Assembly: GCA_021817785.1 (NCBI GenBank)
Contig: JAKAFY010000005.1
Location: 553 to 64,552 of the forward strand
Origin: a bacterium
GTDB taxonomy: Bacteria; Patescibacteriota; Microgenomatia; UBA10105; UBA927
Direction of reading: 5' to 3'
DNA: 64,000 nucleotides
Part shown: one piece after another, positions 19,261-28,070 of the stretch
How the letters are laid out: each line of letters starts with the position of its first letter
How positions within the stretch are numbered: position 1 is the stretch's first letter
Translations under genes and position numbers: made by a program
The notes under the pieces: generated by a model
Databases searched by the model: none
Told to the model about the DNA's origin: nothing
What the model saw: the letters and a program-made list of their open reading frames with translations, nothing else

Positions 19261-20567
19261 TGTAGTATTGTGCGTGCGGCGCGCATGCCCAGTTCTACCG
19301 CATAATTGGTTCCCCGGTCCCAAGGATAAATATAGTCCATATTCGCAAGGTATATACCGGGAAGCGGCGTGGCAATCGGCGGAATGTTTTGTGAGTAATG
19401 ACGTTCGTGCACCGGTTGGGCAAATGGGGCGACAAATAATTTTAAATTTTTAATTTTAAATTTTGAATCTGATGCAATGCGACGGATAAACGGCAAGAAT
19501 ATGGAGAGAAGTTCTTTTTCAGATAGAGATAGATATGGATGGTCCGGCGGGAGATAATTGCCAAAATACGTGAGATGATGGTTGCCATAGTGTTTCCTGT
19601 CCATGAAGTTGGTGTGGGCCACAGCGGCAAGAAACGGGAATGACCGGTCAGTGACGTTGAGCCAGTAGACATTTTTAAGTATGGGCCGATCCGTCTCGAG
19701 AATCAGCGTTTGTGCGGATAGGTGGGGAATAGAGCGCAGGGGTAGGGTATATGTATGAGGTAGTATGGGTAGAATAGCAGTAACGAGAGGTGTTGGTATG
19801 GTAAACAGAACTTTATCAAAAAGTTTTTTTGCCCCACTCCATGATACATAATACGTATTCCCTGATTCTCTTTGGACCGATGTGACAGTTTTTGAGGGGA
19901 GGATGTGTCCACCCTGATGCTTGATTTCCTGTGCTAGTGCAGTGATCAGTGTGTGGAATCCGCCCCGGATATAGCAAAGGCGTGGCGTTCGTTTTTTTAT
20001 TCTCGCCCAAAACCATGATGCGGCAACGCGCGGCGCATACGTACCGAATTTTCCATACAAAAGAGGTTCCCAAATTGTCTTATACGCATGATTTCCGCCT
20101 ATTGAAATCAATAATTGTTCAGCAGTTATCCCCTCGAGTGGCTGCCAATACGGATTGAGTTTGAGAAAGCCCAACAGCGCCGCAGTGCGCACCTTGTCTA
20201 GGAGCGATAACGTAGGAAATCGCAATAGCGAGGTTGGGCTATCTAAGGGGACGATTGGGACGCCATCCCCAAATTCAAAGCTTAGCTTTGAATTTGGGGG
20301 GAGGAGATTTGCAGTGATCGGCCGTTTTCTGATGAGGCGTTCCGAAAGCCCTAATTCTTCGAGGAGGGAAATGATGTAGCGATCATTGGTGAACAGATGA
20401 TGATACGCGCCTTCCATATGCCAGTCCCAATTCGGTTGCTTAAATCCATACGCTAATCCGCCCAGTGAGGATTCTTTTTCAAAAACCGTGACACGATGCC
20501 CCCGTTTTGTAAGCTCGTATGCGGCGGTCAATCCGGTCAATCCGCCGCCTATGACTGCAATGTCCAT
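19257..20567 (-). CDS. FAD/NAD(P)-binding oxidoreductase (amine oxidase / phytoene desaturase-like family)
   Basis: N-terminal Rossmann dinucleotide-binding motif MDIAVIGGGLTGLTAAYELTKRGHRVTVFEKESSLGG. Confidence 0.7.
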   Translation of the reverse strand: MDIAVIGGGLTGLTAAYELTKRGHRVTVFEKESSLGGLAYGFKQPNWDWHMEGAYHHLFTNDRYIISLLEELGLSERLIRKRPITANLLPPNSKLSFEFGDGVPIVPLDSPTSLLRFPTLSLLDKVRTAALLGFLKLNPYWQPLEGITAEQLLISIGGNHAYKTIWEPLLYGKFGTYAPRVAASWFWARIKKRTPRLCYIRGGFHTLITALAQEIKHQGGHILPSKTVTSVQRESGNTYYVSWSGAKKLFDKVLFTIPTPLVTAILPILPHTYTLPLRSIPHLSAQTLILETDRPILKNVYWLNVTDRSFPFLAAVAHTNFMDRKHYGNHHLTYFGNYLPPDHPYLSLSEKELLSIFLPFIRRIASDSKFKIKNLKLFVAPFAQPVHERHYSQNIPPIATPLPGIYLANMDYIYPWDRGTNYAVELGMRAARTILQ

Positions 20568-20669
20568 GGGTAAATTGTATCGTTTTGATGGACATGGTGC
20601 CAGAGAAGGGTTTTAAGGTATGCGATTTGTTGCATCCGTAATTGCGGTGAACGGATACTGATTGTATGA

Positions 20670-21272
20670 TTGTTCTCAAGTATGGAAACATCTGTCGTTG
20701 AACCGATACGGAATACATCGTCTATACCGCATTCTGTACGCGAGCGGATTATCGCGGTACATGATGCATATTTACATGTGTCGCCCATACGTGAGGATGC
20801 CGTACGGCTATTTCGGGATATTGCACCGATGATGCGGTCAGATCGCGGAAAAGCATGGGTGGAACGTATGAACGCGAACATAGAAACCTCTGCAAAAAAT
20901 GTTGAAGTCGCTGCCGCATCTGCCGATGTTGTGATCGGGGTCGTGGGCGCAGGACTGAGCATTAATCTGCTCCGGGCCATAAAGAATAATCGTTCTGCAT
21001 CTTCAGATATGGCAAAAGTAAATCATAGGAATAGGTCAGCCGCTGTTACAGGGCGCGTTACTCATACGGATTATTTTGTCGGCCGCGGCACTGCCGGAAT
21101 ATTGATCCTCGGCGGATCAATATTGCGTCCGGTCACAAGAATAACGGATTTTGCATTCCGACACGGGAAACCTGTTGCTGGGTATGTCGCGCGGATGGTG
21201 GATGCTATCCTGCTTCGTCAGGAACAAAAACGCGATGCAAAACAAATATTTGTGGGTCAGGGGAAAGCCTGA
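20670..21272 (+). CDS. hypothetical protein (200 aa)
   Basis: ORF divergent from the oxidoreductase gene. No clear motif. Confidence 0.35.
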   Translation: MFSSMETSVVEPIRNTSSIPHSVRERIIAVHDAYLHVSPIREDAVRLFRDIAPMMRSDRGKAWVERMNANIETSAKNVEVAAASADVVIGVVGAGLSINLLRAIKNNRSASSDMAKVNHRNRSAAVTGRVTHTDYFVGRGTAGILILGGSILRPVTRITDFAFRHGKPVAGYVARMVDAILLRQEQKRDAKQIFVGQGKA

Positions 21273-21290
21273 TATTCCGTCATTACTTTT

Positions 21291-23570
21291 ATGCCTGTTT
21301 CCGATTTTTGGATTGTTATGCGGTGGTGGGGGACACTGTTCCTTATTGGAGCTGCGGCATTTCCGCTGACGAGCCTTTTGTTTCCCCGATGGCATGATAA
21401 GGGATATCTCTTCAGTAAAGCGGTAGGCATGGCTATTGTGACCTGGATTGTGTTTATATCGGGTATGGCGCATATTGCGCCGTTTGCTAACATAACGATC
21501 TCGGTGGCGGTCAGTATCGTATTTTTTGGCGGCGCGCTTGGTCATATAACACAGAAGCCGAATATGCGCGATCGCAAACTTTTCGGCATCATCGTCGCGG
21601 AAGAAGTGTTTTTTTTCGCGGCACTCCTGTTTTGGTCGTGGGTGAAAGCGCATGAACCCAGTATCCGGGGGCTGGAAAAATTCATGGACTACGGATTTAT
21701 GAATTCCATCCTGCATTCCCGGTATTTCCCGCCGGTTGACATGTGGTATCCGCCGTATTCCATAAATTATTATTATTTCGGTCATCTGACGACGGCTGTC
21801 CTGACCCGGCTTTCGGGTTTGGATTTAGGATATACGTTTAACCTCATGCTGGCGACCATTTTTGCGTTGTGTCTCACCATGAGTTTTTCGATCGGGTATG
21901 CCGTCATCGGCATGATAAAAGGAATACGCGGGGCGGGGAAGGTCGTGGGGGCTATATTGACGGCATGGCTCGTAACACTCGCCGGCAATATGCAGACGAT
22001 TTATGCCTTTACCCGGGGGTATAGCGGAGATGCGGTACAACCTTTTTGGAAGCTGTTTTGGCCGTTGTCTGATGTGCTCTCCAAATATCCTGAAGGGCTT
22101 GCCCGGTACTGGTATGCCAATGCCACGCGGTTTATTCCCTATACCATCCACGAATTTCCGAGTTATTCGTTTGTCGTATCCGACGTCCATGGGCACGTGT
22201 TGTCTATTCCGTTTGTGCTTCTGGCGATTGCGCTGCTTATGACCTGTTTTGTCGGTGTCCGGGAAACAGTATCCAAACGCGTACGCTATGCCAGCGCGGA
22301 GTTCTGGAACGGGTCGCTTACGCCGTTTATGCTGCTGTTTTACGGTTTTCTGACGGGTATTCTGCTGATGACGAACGCATTGGACGGCCCGATATACCTT
22401 GGGTTATTCCTCATGCTGCTTCTGGTACTGTATCCGGGTGACTGGTCGGAACGTGACTATTGGGTAGCGTGGGGGAAGCGCGCAGGAATAGTACTTCTTG
22501 CTGCCGGCATCTCTAGTCTGCCGTTTCTTGCGCATTTTACGTCATTTGTAAACGGGGTCGCCATTGATTGTCCGCCGGCGCTGTTGGCAAACAGCCATAT
22601 CGGGCCGATTTTGTTTGAATCCGTTGAAAAATGCCAGAAATCCCCGCTGTGGATGATGTACTTGCTCTGGGGATTTTTTTGGTTTAACGGGATATGGCTT
22701 ATCGTTACCAGAAGCGTAGTGAAAAAATCAAAGGGAAAAATAACATTATCATGGCAATATATAGTGCATATATGGAACAATAATTTTACTCAGATAGAAA
22801 AAGTATTGGTGATCTGTTTTGTGTTCTCGACACTGCTTATCATTTTCCCCGAGTTTTTTTACTTTAAAGATATTTATCCCATGCATTTTAGGAGTAATAC
22901 CATGTTTAAACTGGGATACCAGGCATTTATCCTGTATTCCATACTGTCGGCATATGTCATCATCGACGCGCTGCGGACCGTGCGCACCACGCTTTCCGGC
23001 AAAATTTTTCTGGTATTGCTTATCCCGCAGTTATTTTTGGTTTCCATATATCCGTGGTTTTCCGTGCGCAGCTATTTCGGCGACCTGCGTACATATCAGG
23101 GAATATGGGGATTGCAGTGGCTTCAAACCGAGTACCCGGATAACTTTGCGGCGATAGAGTGGCTCAACAACGAGTGGCGAGTAGCGAGTAACGAGAAGAA
23201 AAGCTCGATACCCGACACCCGATACTCGAACTTGGTCGAGGCGGATGGAGACAGCTATACGGATTATGATCAGTTTTCGGTGTTTGCCGGAACTCCGACC
23301 GTCATCGGGTGGGCTGTGCACGAGTGGCTGTGGCGGGGGAGCTATGACGTCGTAGCTCCGCGCCGGGAGGATGTGCGGAAGATCTATGAATCCCAGGATA
23401 TCGGCGAAACGAGGATGCTGCTGGACCGTTACCGCGTACGGTATGTCATCGTCGGCACACTGGAACATCAGAAATACCCCGCCCTACAGGAGCAGAAGTT
23501 TGTGACCATGGGGCGCGAAGTATTCCGTCACGGGGAAACTGCGATATATGACGTCAGTAGGGCAAAGTAA
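21291..23570 (+). CDS. large polytopic membrane protein (DUF2298-like, putative GT-C glycosyltransferase)
   Basis: 759 aa. About 12-14 TM helices followed by a C-terminal soluble domain. The architecture resembles the DUF2298 family of CPR and archaea. Recognised from memory, not searched. Confidence 0.5.
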   Translation: MPVSDFWIVMRWWGTLFLIGAAAFPLTSLLFPRWHDKGYLFSKAVGMAIVTWIVFISGMAHIAPFANITISVAVSIVFFGGALGHITQKPNMRDRKLFGIIVAEEVFFFAALLFWSWVKAHEPSIRGLEKFMDYGFMNSILHSRYFPPVDMWYPPYSINYYYFGHLTTAVLTRLSGLDLGYTFNLMLATIFALCLTMSFSIGYAVIGMIKGIRGAGKVVGAILTAWLVTLAGNMQTIYAFTRGYSGDAVQPFWKLFWPLSDVLSKYPEGLARYWYANATRFIPYTIHEFPSYSFVVSDVHGHVLSIPFVLLAIALLMTCFVGVRETVSKRVRYASAEFWNGSLTPFMLLFYGFLTGILLMTNALDGPIYLGLFLMLLLVLYPGDWSERDYWVAWGKRAGIVLLAAGISSLPFLAHFTSFVNGVAIDCPPALLANSHIGPILFESVEKCQKSPLWMMYLLWGFFWFNGIWLIVTRSVVKKSKGKITLSWQYIVHIWNNNFTQIEKVLVICFVFSTLLIIFPEFFYFKDIYPMHFRSNTMFKLGYQAFILYSILSAYVIIDALRTVRTTLSGKIFLVLLIPQLFLVSIYPWFSVRSYFGDLRTYQGIWGLQWLQTEYPDNFAAIEWLNNEWRVASNEKKSSIPDTRYSNLVEADGDSYTDYDQFSVFAGTPTVIGWAVHEWLWRGSYDVVAPRREDVRKIYESQDIGETRMLLDRYRVRYVIVGTLEHQKYPALQEQKFVTMGREVFRHGETAIYDVSRAK

Positions 23571-23771
23571 TGCGTTTTTGACGGTACAGTAGGGCCTTAT
23601 ATACAATCGAGGTATTGACAATTGAGGAAGACTCTGATTAAATAGGGCAAGATTAATGAGTTCCCTCTGTAGCGTATTTGTTTTCCCTTGAATTTCTGAA
23701 AACAGAGAATTTGTGCAAACTTTCTTAATTTGACGTAACAAACCAACGAACGCAGCTTCTTTTATCATTGT

Positions 23772-25571
23772 ATGGCCTTTAAAGCATCACGGAAACCAAC
23801 AGCAAAAAAATCTCCCAGTACGGTTCGAGACGAATCGTCTGATGCTCCCCGCGGAAAGGCGGTAAAAACGGCAGCAAAAACAGCTGCAGAAGACGAGTTT
23901 GTACACGCGAAGCCGGAACCGGAGGCGACACCCAGTATCAGCATAGAAGATCTGGTGGGTGCTCCCCAACATGAGGTATCTGAGACCGTGCTTCCCGAAG
24001 AATCCATAGAACCAAAGCCACAATCCGCATCCAATGCCCCTGCGCCGTATGTGCGGGGACCCATAGCGGACAATCGTGCCCCACGGCAGGATTTCGGACG
24101 CGGGCCGTCTCCGCGGCTTGGTGGCTCCCGTCGCTTTGGCGGAAATACCCGGGGCGGATACGGACAGAACCGATCCGGAGACCGTTTCGGTTCCCAGGGC
24201 GGGTATCGGCGCGGCGGATCCGGTATGGACCGCGGCGGATGGCGGGATCGTCCGCAGAGCGACCGGTATGGCGCTCAAGGCGGATACGGCCGTGACACCT
24301 ATGGCGGTGAACCGCGGCGGGATTACAATGACCAGGGCTCCTCGCACGCATATATAGATCCTGCAGCTCCGGCAGGTTTTACCCAGGATATCAATGTCCC
24401 GACGGAAACCGTCCGCGGCGTTTTGGATACGATGCCGGAAGGGCACGGATTTTTGCGGCCCAAATATACGCCGAGCGATCGGGATGTCTATATCTCCCAA
24501 TCACAGATCCGACGGTTTTTACTGCGTAACGGCGATATGGTGGAGGGCCAGGCCCGGCCGCCCAAAGATAACGAGCGGTATTGGGGATTGCTGAAAGTCG
24601 AAAAAGTCAACGAACTGGCAGCAGAACTCATGGAGAAACGGCCCCGGTTCGAAGATCTGGTGCCGGTGTATCCGAATAAGCTCTTGCGTTTGGAGACGAC
24701 GGAAAACGTATTGTCTACCAGGATGATTGATTTGCTGGCGCCGATCGGATTCGGGCAGCGCGGACTGATCGTTTCCCCGCCGAAAGCCGGAAAAACGACC
24801 GTGCTCAAAGAGCTTGCCGCTGGCATCTCCGCAAATTATCCGGATGTACATCTTATGGCAGTGTTAATCGGCGAACGGCCGGAAGAAGTAACCGATATCA
24901 CGCGAAACGTAAAGGGCGAAGTCTATGCATCCAATTTTGACGAAGCGCCGGATCACCAGACCAGGGTGGCTGAAGTGGCATTAGACCGCGCGAAACGATT
25001 GATCGAAATGGGACATGACGTCGTCATATTGTTAGACTCTATTACCCGATTGGCACGCGCATACAATCTGGTCGTCAATCCTTCCGGCCGCACACTGACC
25101 GGCGGATTTGATCCGGCAGCGCTCTATCCTGCAAAAAAGTTTTTGGGAGCTGCCCGCTGTAATGAGCCATTCGTCACCCCCGAAGAAGAAGCTAAAAAAG
25201 CCGCCGGAGAAACACCGACGGTCAAACGGGTGACCGACGGCGGATCGCTTACCATCATCGGCACGGCGTTAGTCGAGACCGGCAGCAGAATGGATGATTT
25301 GATCTATGAGGAATTCAAAGGCACCGGTAACATGGAGCTGCATCTGTCCCGCGCATTGCAGGAACGGCGGATATTTCCGGCAATCGATGTCGCGAAATCC
25401 GGTACCCGGCATGACGAACTCCTGCTTGGCGAAGACAATATGAAAAAAGTAACGACCCTGCGGCATATGCTGGCATTATTATCCGACGAAGAGCGCACCA
25501 TGATGCTTATAGACCGGTTGAGTAAAACAAAAAATAACGCGGAGTTTATAGAAGGATTGGGAAAAGGGTAA
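23772..25571 (+). CDS. rho: transcription termination factor Rho with ~190-aa disordered K/A/E- and RGG-rich N-terminal extension
   Basis: CSD-like RNA-binding segment (GVLDTMPEGHGFLR), P-loop PPKAGKTT, and LLDSITRLARAYN, all diagnostic of Rho. Residues ~100-190 are RGG/YG repeats (RGGYGQNRSGDRFGSQGGYRRGGSGMDRGGWRDR...). Confidence 0.85.
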   Translation: MAFKASRKPTAKKSPSTVRDESSDAPRGKAVKTAAKTAAEDEFVHAKPEPEATPSISIEDLVGAPQHEVSETVLPEESIEPKPQSASNAPAPYVRGPIADNRAPRQDFGRGPSPRLGGSRRFGGNTRGGYGQNRSGDRFGSQGGYRRGGSGMDRGGWRDRPQSDRYGAQGGYGRDTYGGEPRRDYNDQGSSHAYIDPAAPAGFTQDINVPTETVRGVLDTMPEGHGFLRPKYTPSDRDVYISQSQIRRFLLRNGDMVEGQARPPKDNERYWGLLKVEKVNELAAELMEKRPRFEDLVPVYPNKLLRLETTENVLSTRMIDLLAPIGFGQRGLIVSPPKAGKTTVLKELAAGISANYPDVHLMAVLIGERPEEVTDITRNVKGEVYASNFDEAPDHQTRVAEVALDRAKRLIEMGHDVVILLDSITRLARAYNLVVNPSGRTLTGGFDPAALYPAKKFLGAARCNEPFVTPEEEAKKAAGETPTVKRVTDGGSLTIIGTALVETGSRMDDLIYEEFKGTGNMELHLSRALQERRIFPAIDVAKSGTRHDELLLGEDNMKKVTTLRHMLALLSDEERTMMLIDRLSKTKNNAEFIEGLGKG

Positions 25572-25581
25572 ACAAGAGAGC

Positions 25582-25678
25582 GTAGGAAGACCAGAGCTTA
25601 GGAAGACCAGAGCTTAGGAAGACCAGAGCTTAGGAAGACCAGAGCTTAGGAAGACCCAGGGTATCGTAAAAGGTCGGG
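25582..25678. repeat. 16-nt tandem repeat (ttaggaagaccagagc) x ~5.7
   Basis: Perfect head-to-tail copies at 25582, 25598, 25614, 25630 and 25646, with a degenerate sixth copy. They start 10 nt after the rho stop. Confidence 0.9.
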
Positions 25679-25819
25679 CGTTAGTACACTAAGCACCTAG
25701 TGAACGAAATACCATTTTCTTACCTCTCAACTCTCAACTTGAAACTCTAAACTCTCAGTTCTAAACTCTTTCCCTCACATTTGTAACTTCATTTTTCACG
25801 TGTTACCATACGGTATCTC

Positions 25820-26920
25820 ATGAGAAAATCGCTCCAGTTATTGCGTGACGATATCCTATTGTGGTGGGCCGGATGGTATAACTACGGCTCTAGAAGACTC
25901 CGGCGGTTCGGCGTGTGGTTTGAAACCAATAAAGACATATTGGTAGATATCCTGATGGCCAGGCGTGGCGGCTATCAACGGCCGTTCCTTCATTTTTCTC
26001 TCAGTGTTCTCGTGTTGACCGCCGTACTTGCTGCACCCATATTAGCCAATGCCTATCCGGGGCGGTCCACGGGAGTGCTTGCGGATTTTACCCCTCCGTC
26101 TGCCGTCGTATCTTCGCTGGATTTATCGGACTACGGCATTCAGACGCAGGTATCTGAGAAGCCAAGAGATCAAACGATAACATACGAGATACAAAGCGGA
26201 GATACCCTATCATCCATCGCGAAAAAATTTAATGTATCTGTTGATACCATAAAATGGGCAAATGATACAAAAAGCGATACTTTGACTGTAGGAGATTCAC
26301 TGAAGATTCCTCCGGTGACCGGTCTGGTCATAAAAGTGCAGGAAGGGGATACCATCTATTCCATCGCCAAAAAGTACCGCACGGATGCACAGAAAATATT
26401 GAACTTTCCGTTTAACGATTTTGCGGACCTAAACACCTTCGCGCTAAACGTCGGTCAGACCCTGATTGTCCCTGACGGCGTCATGCCCCAGGCGGCTCCG
26501 ATAAATTATCCGTCATCATATCTTGCGGCTGCGGTCGTGCAGGGCAAAGGACTGTTGTCCTGGCCGACGGTTGGCGTCATCACCCAATGTCCGATTTGGT
26601 ACCATATGGCGTTTGACATCGCCAATCCGTCCAGCCCGCCGATTATGGCTGCAGCAGACGGGACCGTGACGCTGGTCCAGTACCTGACGTATGATTACGG
26701 GCGCCACGTGGTCATAACCCATGATAACGGGTATCAGACGCTCTACGCCCATATGATAGAAATCTATGTCAAACCAGGAGAGCGGGTGACCCGGGGGCAG
26801 GTCATCGGCAAAATGGGTTCGACCGGACGGTCAACCGGTACGCATCTGCATTTTGAAGTGAGAAAAGACGGACGGATATTAAATCCCACGGGATTTTTCT
26901 CGACGCAGTGCGGAGGCTGA
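25820..26920 (+). CDS. LysM-domain M23 family peptidoglycan metalloendopeptidase
   Basis: N-terminal TM anchor; two LysM repeats (YEIQSGDTLSSIAKKFNVSVDTIKWAN and VQEGDTIYSIAKKYRTDAQKIL); C-terminal M23 signature (HxxxD ... GSTGRSTGTHLHFEV). Confidence 0.8.
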   Translation: MRKSLQLLRDDILLWWAGWYNYGSRRLRRFGVWFETNKDILVDILMARRGGYQRPFLHFSLSVLVLTAVLAAPILANAYPGRSTGVLADFTPPSAVVSSLDLSDYGIQTQVSEKPRDQTITYEIQSGDTLSSIAKKFNVSVDTIKWANDTKSDTLTVGDSLKIPPVTGLVIKVQEGDTIYSIAKKYRTDAQKILNFPFNDFADLNTFALNVGQTLIVPDGVMPQAAPINYPSSYLAAAVVQGKGLLSWPTVGVITQCPIWYHMAFDIANPSSPPIMAAADGTVTLVQYLTYDYGRHVVITHDNGYQTLYAHMIEIYVKPGERVTRGQVIGKMGSTGRSTGTHLHFEVRKDGRILNPTGFFSTQCGG

Positions 26921-27044
26921 TTTTTTGGTATAATTCCATAGTTGGGCCTGTAGCCCTGCCCGCAATGCTTCGCATAGCGATGCAGGCGGGTTAGTTGATA
27001 TATAGGTTCATACCTACTGTATTTGTGTTGATGAAGAAATTGTT

Positions 27045-27117
27045 GGGCCTGTAGCTTAGTTGGTAGAGCGCCGCATTCGCATTGCGGAGATCAGCGGTTC
27101 GACTCCGCTCAGGTCCA
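27045..27117 (+). tRNA. tRNA-Ala (anticodon CGC)
   Basis: Canonical cloverleaf folded by hand. Acceptor GGGCCUG/CAGGUCC with the G3:U70 Ala identity pair; anticodon loop UUCGCAU; T-loop UUCGACU. CCA is not encoded. Confidence 0.85.
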
Positions 27118-27187
27118 CAACATAATTTTTAATTTTAAATTTACAATTTTCAATGAAAATTAAAAAGTGAAAATTTCAAATTTAATG

Positions 27188-27258
27188 GGGCCTGTGGTAT
27201 ACCGGTAACACGTCGCTATGGCATAGCGAAATAAGGGGTCCGATTCCCCTCAGGTCCA
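27188..27258 (+). tRNA. tRNA-Ala (anticodon GGC), atypical
   Basis: Same acceptor stem with G3:U70. Anticodon stem UCGCU/AGCGA with loop AUGGCAU. It has a 4-nt variable region, one A:C mismatch in the D-stem, and T-loop UCCGAUU instead of UUCxAxU. CCA is not encoded. Confidence 0.55.
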
Positions 27259-27287
27259 CAAAAAAAGAAGCCCAAGGGCTTCTTTTT
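27259..27287. terminator. bidirectional intrinsic terminator
   Basis: GAAGCC-CAAG-GGCTTC hairpin flanked by an A-run (27259-27266) and a T-run (27283-27287). It serves both the tRNA pair (+) and the small minus-strand ORF ending at 27302. Confidence 0.6.
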
Positions 27288-27301
27288 ATCCTCACAACAC
27301 A

Positions 27302-27517
27302 CTACCGGGATGTCTGCACTCCGGCTACCACCGGCGTATTGGCCGCTGACTGCTGGTTCAGATATGTTCCGACAACCGCCCCTAATCCGAGCATGAGCGC
27401 GAACATAACAAGCAGCATCCAACTACGGACGACGACTAAATAACTTTCCTGAGGTTTCGCAGCACGTGAACTTTTTACCGCATGGTGTTTGTGGTGGACG
27501 ACATGTTTTCGTTTCAT
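27302..27517 (-). CDS. hypothetical small membrane protein (71 aa), His/Lys-rich N-terminus
   Basis: MKRKHVVHHKHHAVKSSRAAKPQES followed by one hydrophobic helix (LLVMFALMLGLGAVVGTYL). It ends at the bidirectional terminator. Confidence 0.4.
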   Translation of the reverse strand: MKRKHVVHHKHHAVKSSRAAKPQESYLVVVRSWMLLVMFALMLGLGAVVGTYLNQQSAANTPVVAGVQTSR

Positions 27518-28070
27518 AAAACCAGTTTGTCTAAATTTTTTTGTTTTGTCAATCCCTCAGTTTTTTTGACAGCAGAATACGGGTAATTTATTTCGCCAAT
27601 TATCCCGGGATGGGGGAAGGGTAAGGAATTCTTTACTGAAACAAAAACGTATAGGAAATGCGAATCAGGGATTTTGATGATATAGTTAGCATATGTTTGA
27701 AATGGTCATAAAAACACGTGTTTATGCGCACTTTTTAAAAAATAAAGAACCGATTGCTGAGCTGTACTGATATAGTCGGGGATAGTTGTGAAAACCGCTC
27801 CTTGACAGTGCTTACTAGATATCATCATAGTAATAATACTGCACCTGATGTATGGGGGTTTGGGGACACCGGGTGATTTGTCTTTGAGGCGTGTACTTAT
27901 CTACGATAAACAAAGCAAAGAATACAGTCAATACCCCTGCTTGCCCGCAAGACATTGAACTATCCTCTCATTTGTATCACTTCTTTATAGATCGATATAC
28001 AAATAAATTTCACAACCGTATCGAATCCACTGAAAACGGTTTCGCACAAATCCTGCCGCTCATCCTGCTT

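Noticed and set aside
21117-21785. 222-aa minus-strand ORF
   Set aside because: Overlaps the N-terminal membrane domain of the DUF2298-like gene on the opposite strand. Its basic, low-complexity translation (KRR/HRD-rich) is typical of the antisense of a TM-rich gene.
23787-24500. 237-aa minus-strand ORF
   Set aside because: Antisense to the GC/RGG-rich N-terminal region of rho; a shadow ORF.
25582-25678. Possible CRISPR array
   Set aside because: The 16-nt units are directly abutting with no spacers, the unit is too short, and there is no repeat-spacer architecture. It is a simple tandem repeat.
26955-26995. tRNA-like fragment as a third tRNA gene
   Set aside because: Only the first 13 nt match a tRNA acceptor or D-arm. 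No T-arm or 3' acceptor strand can be formed, so it is not a functional tRNA.
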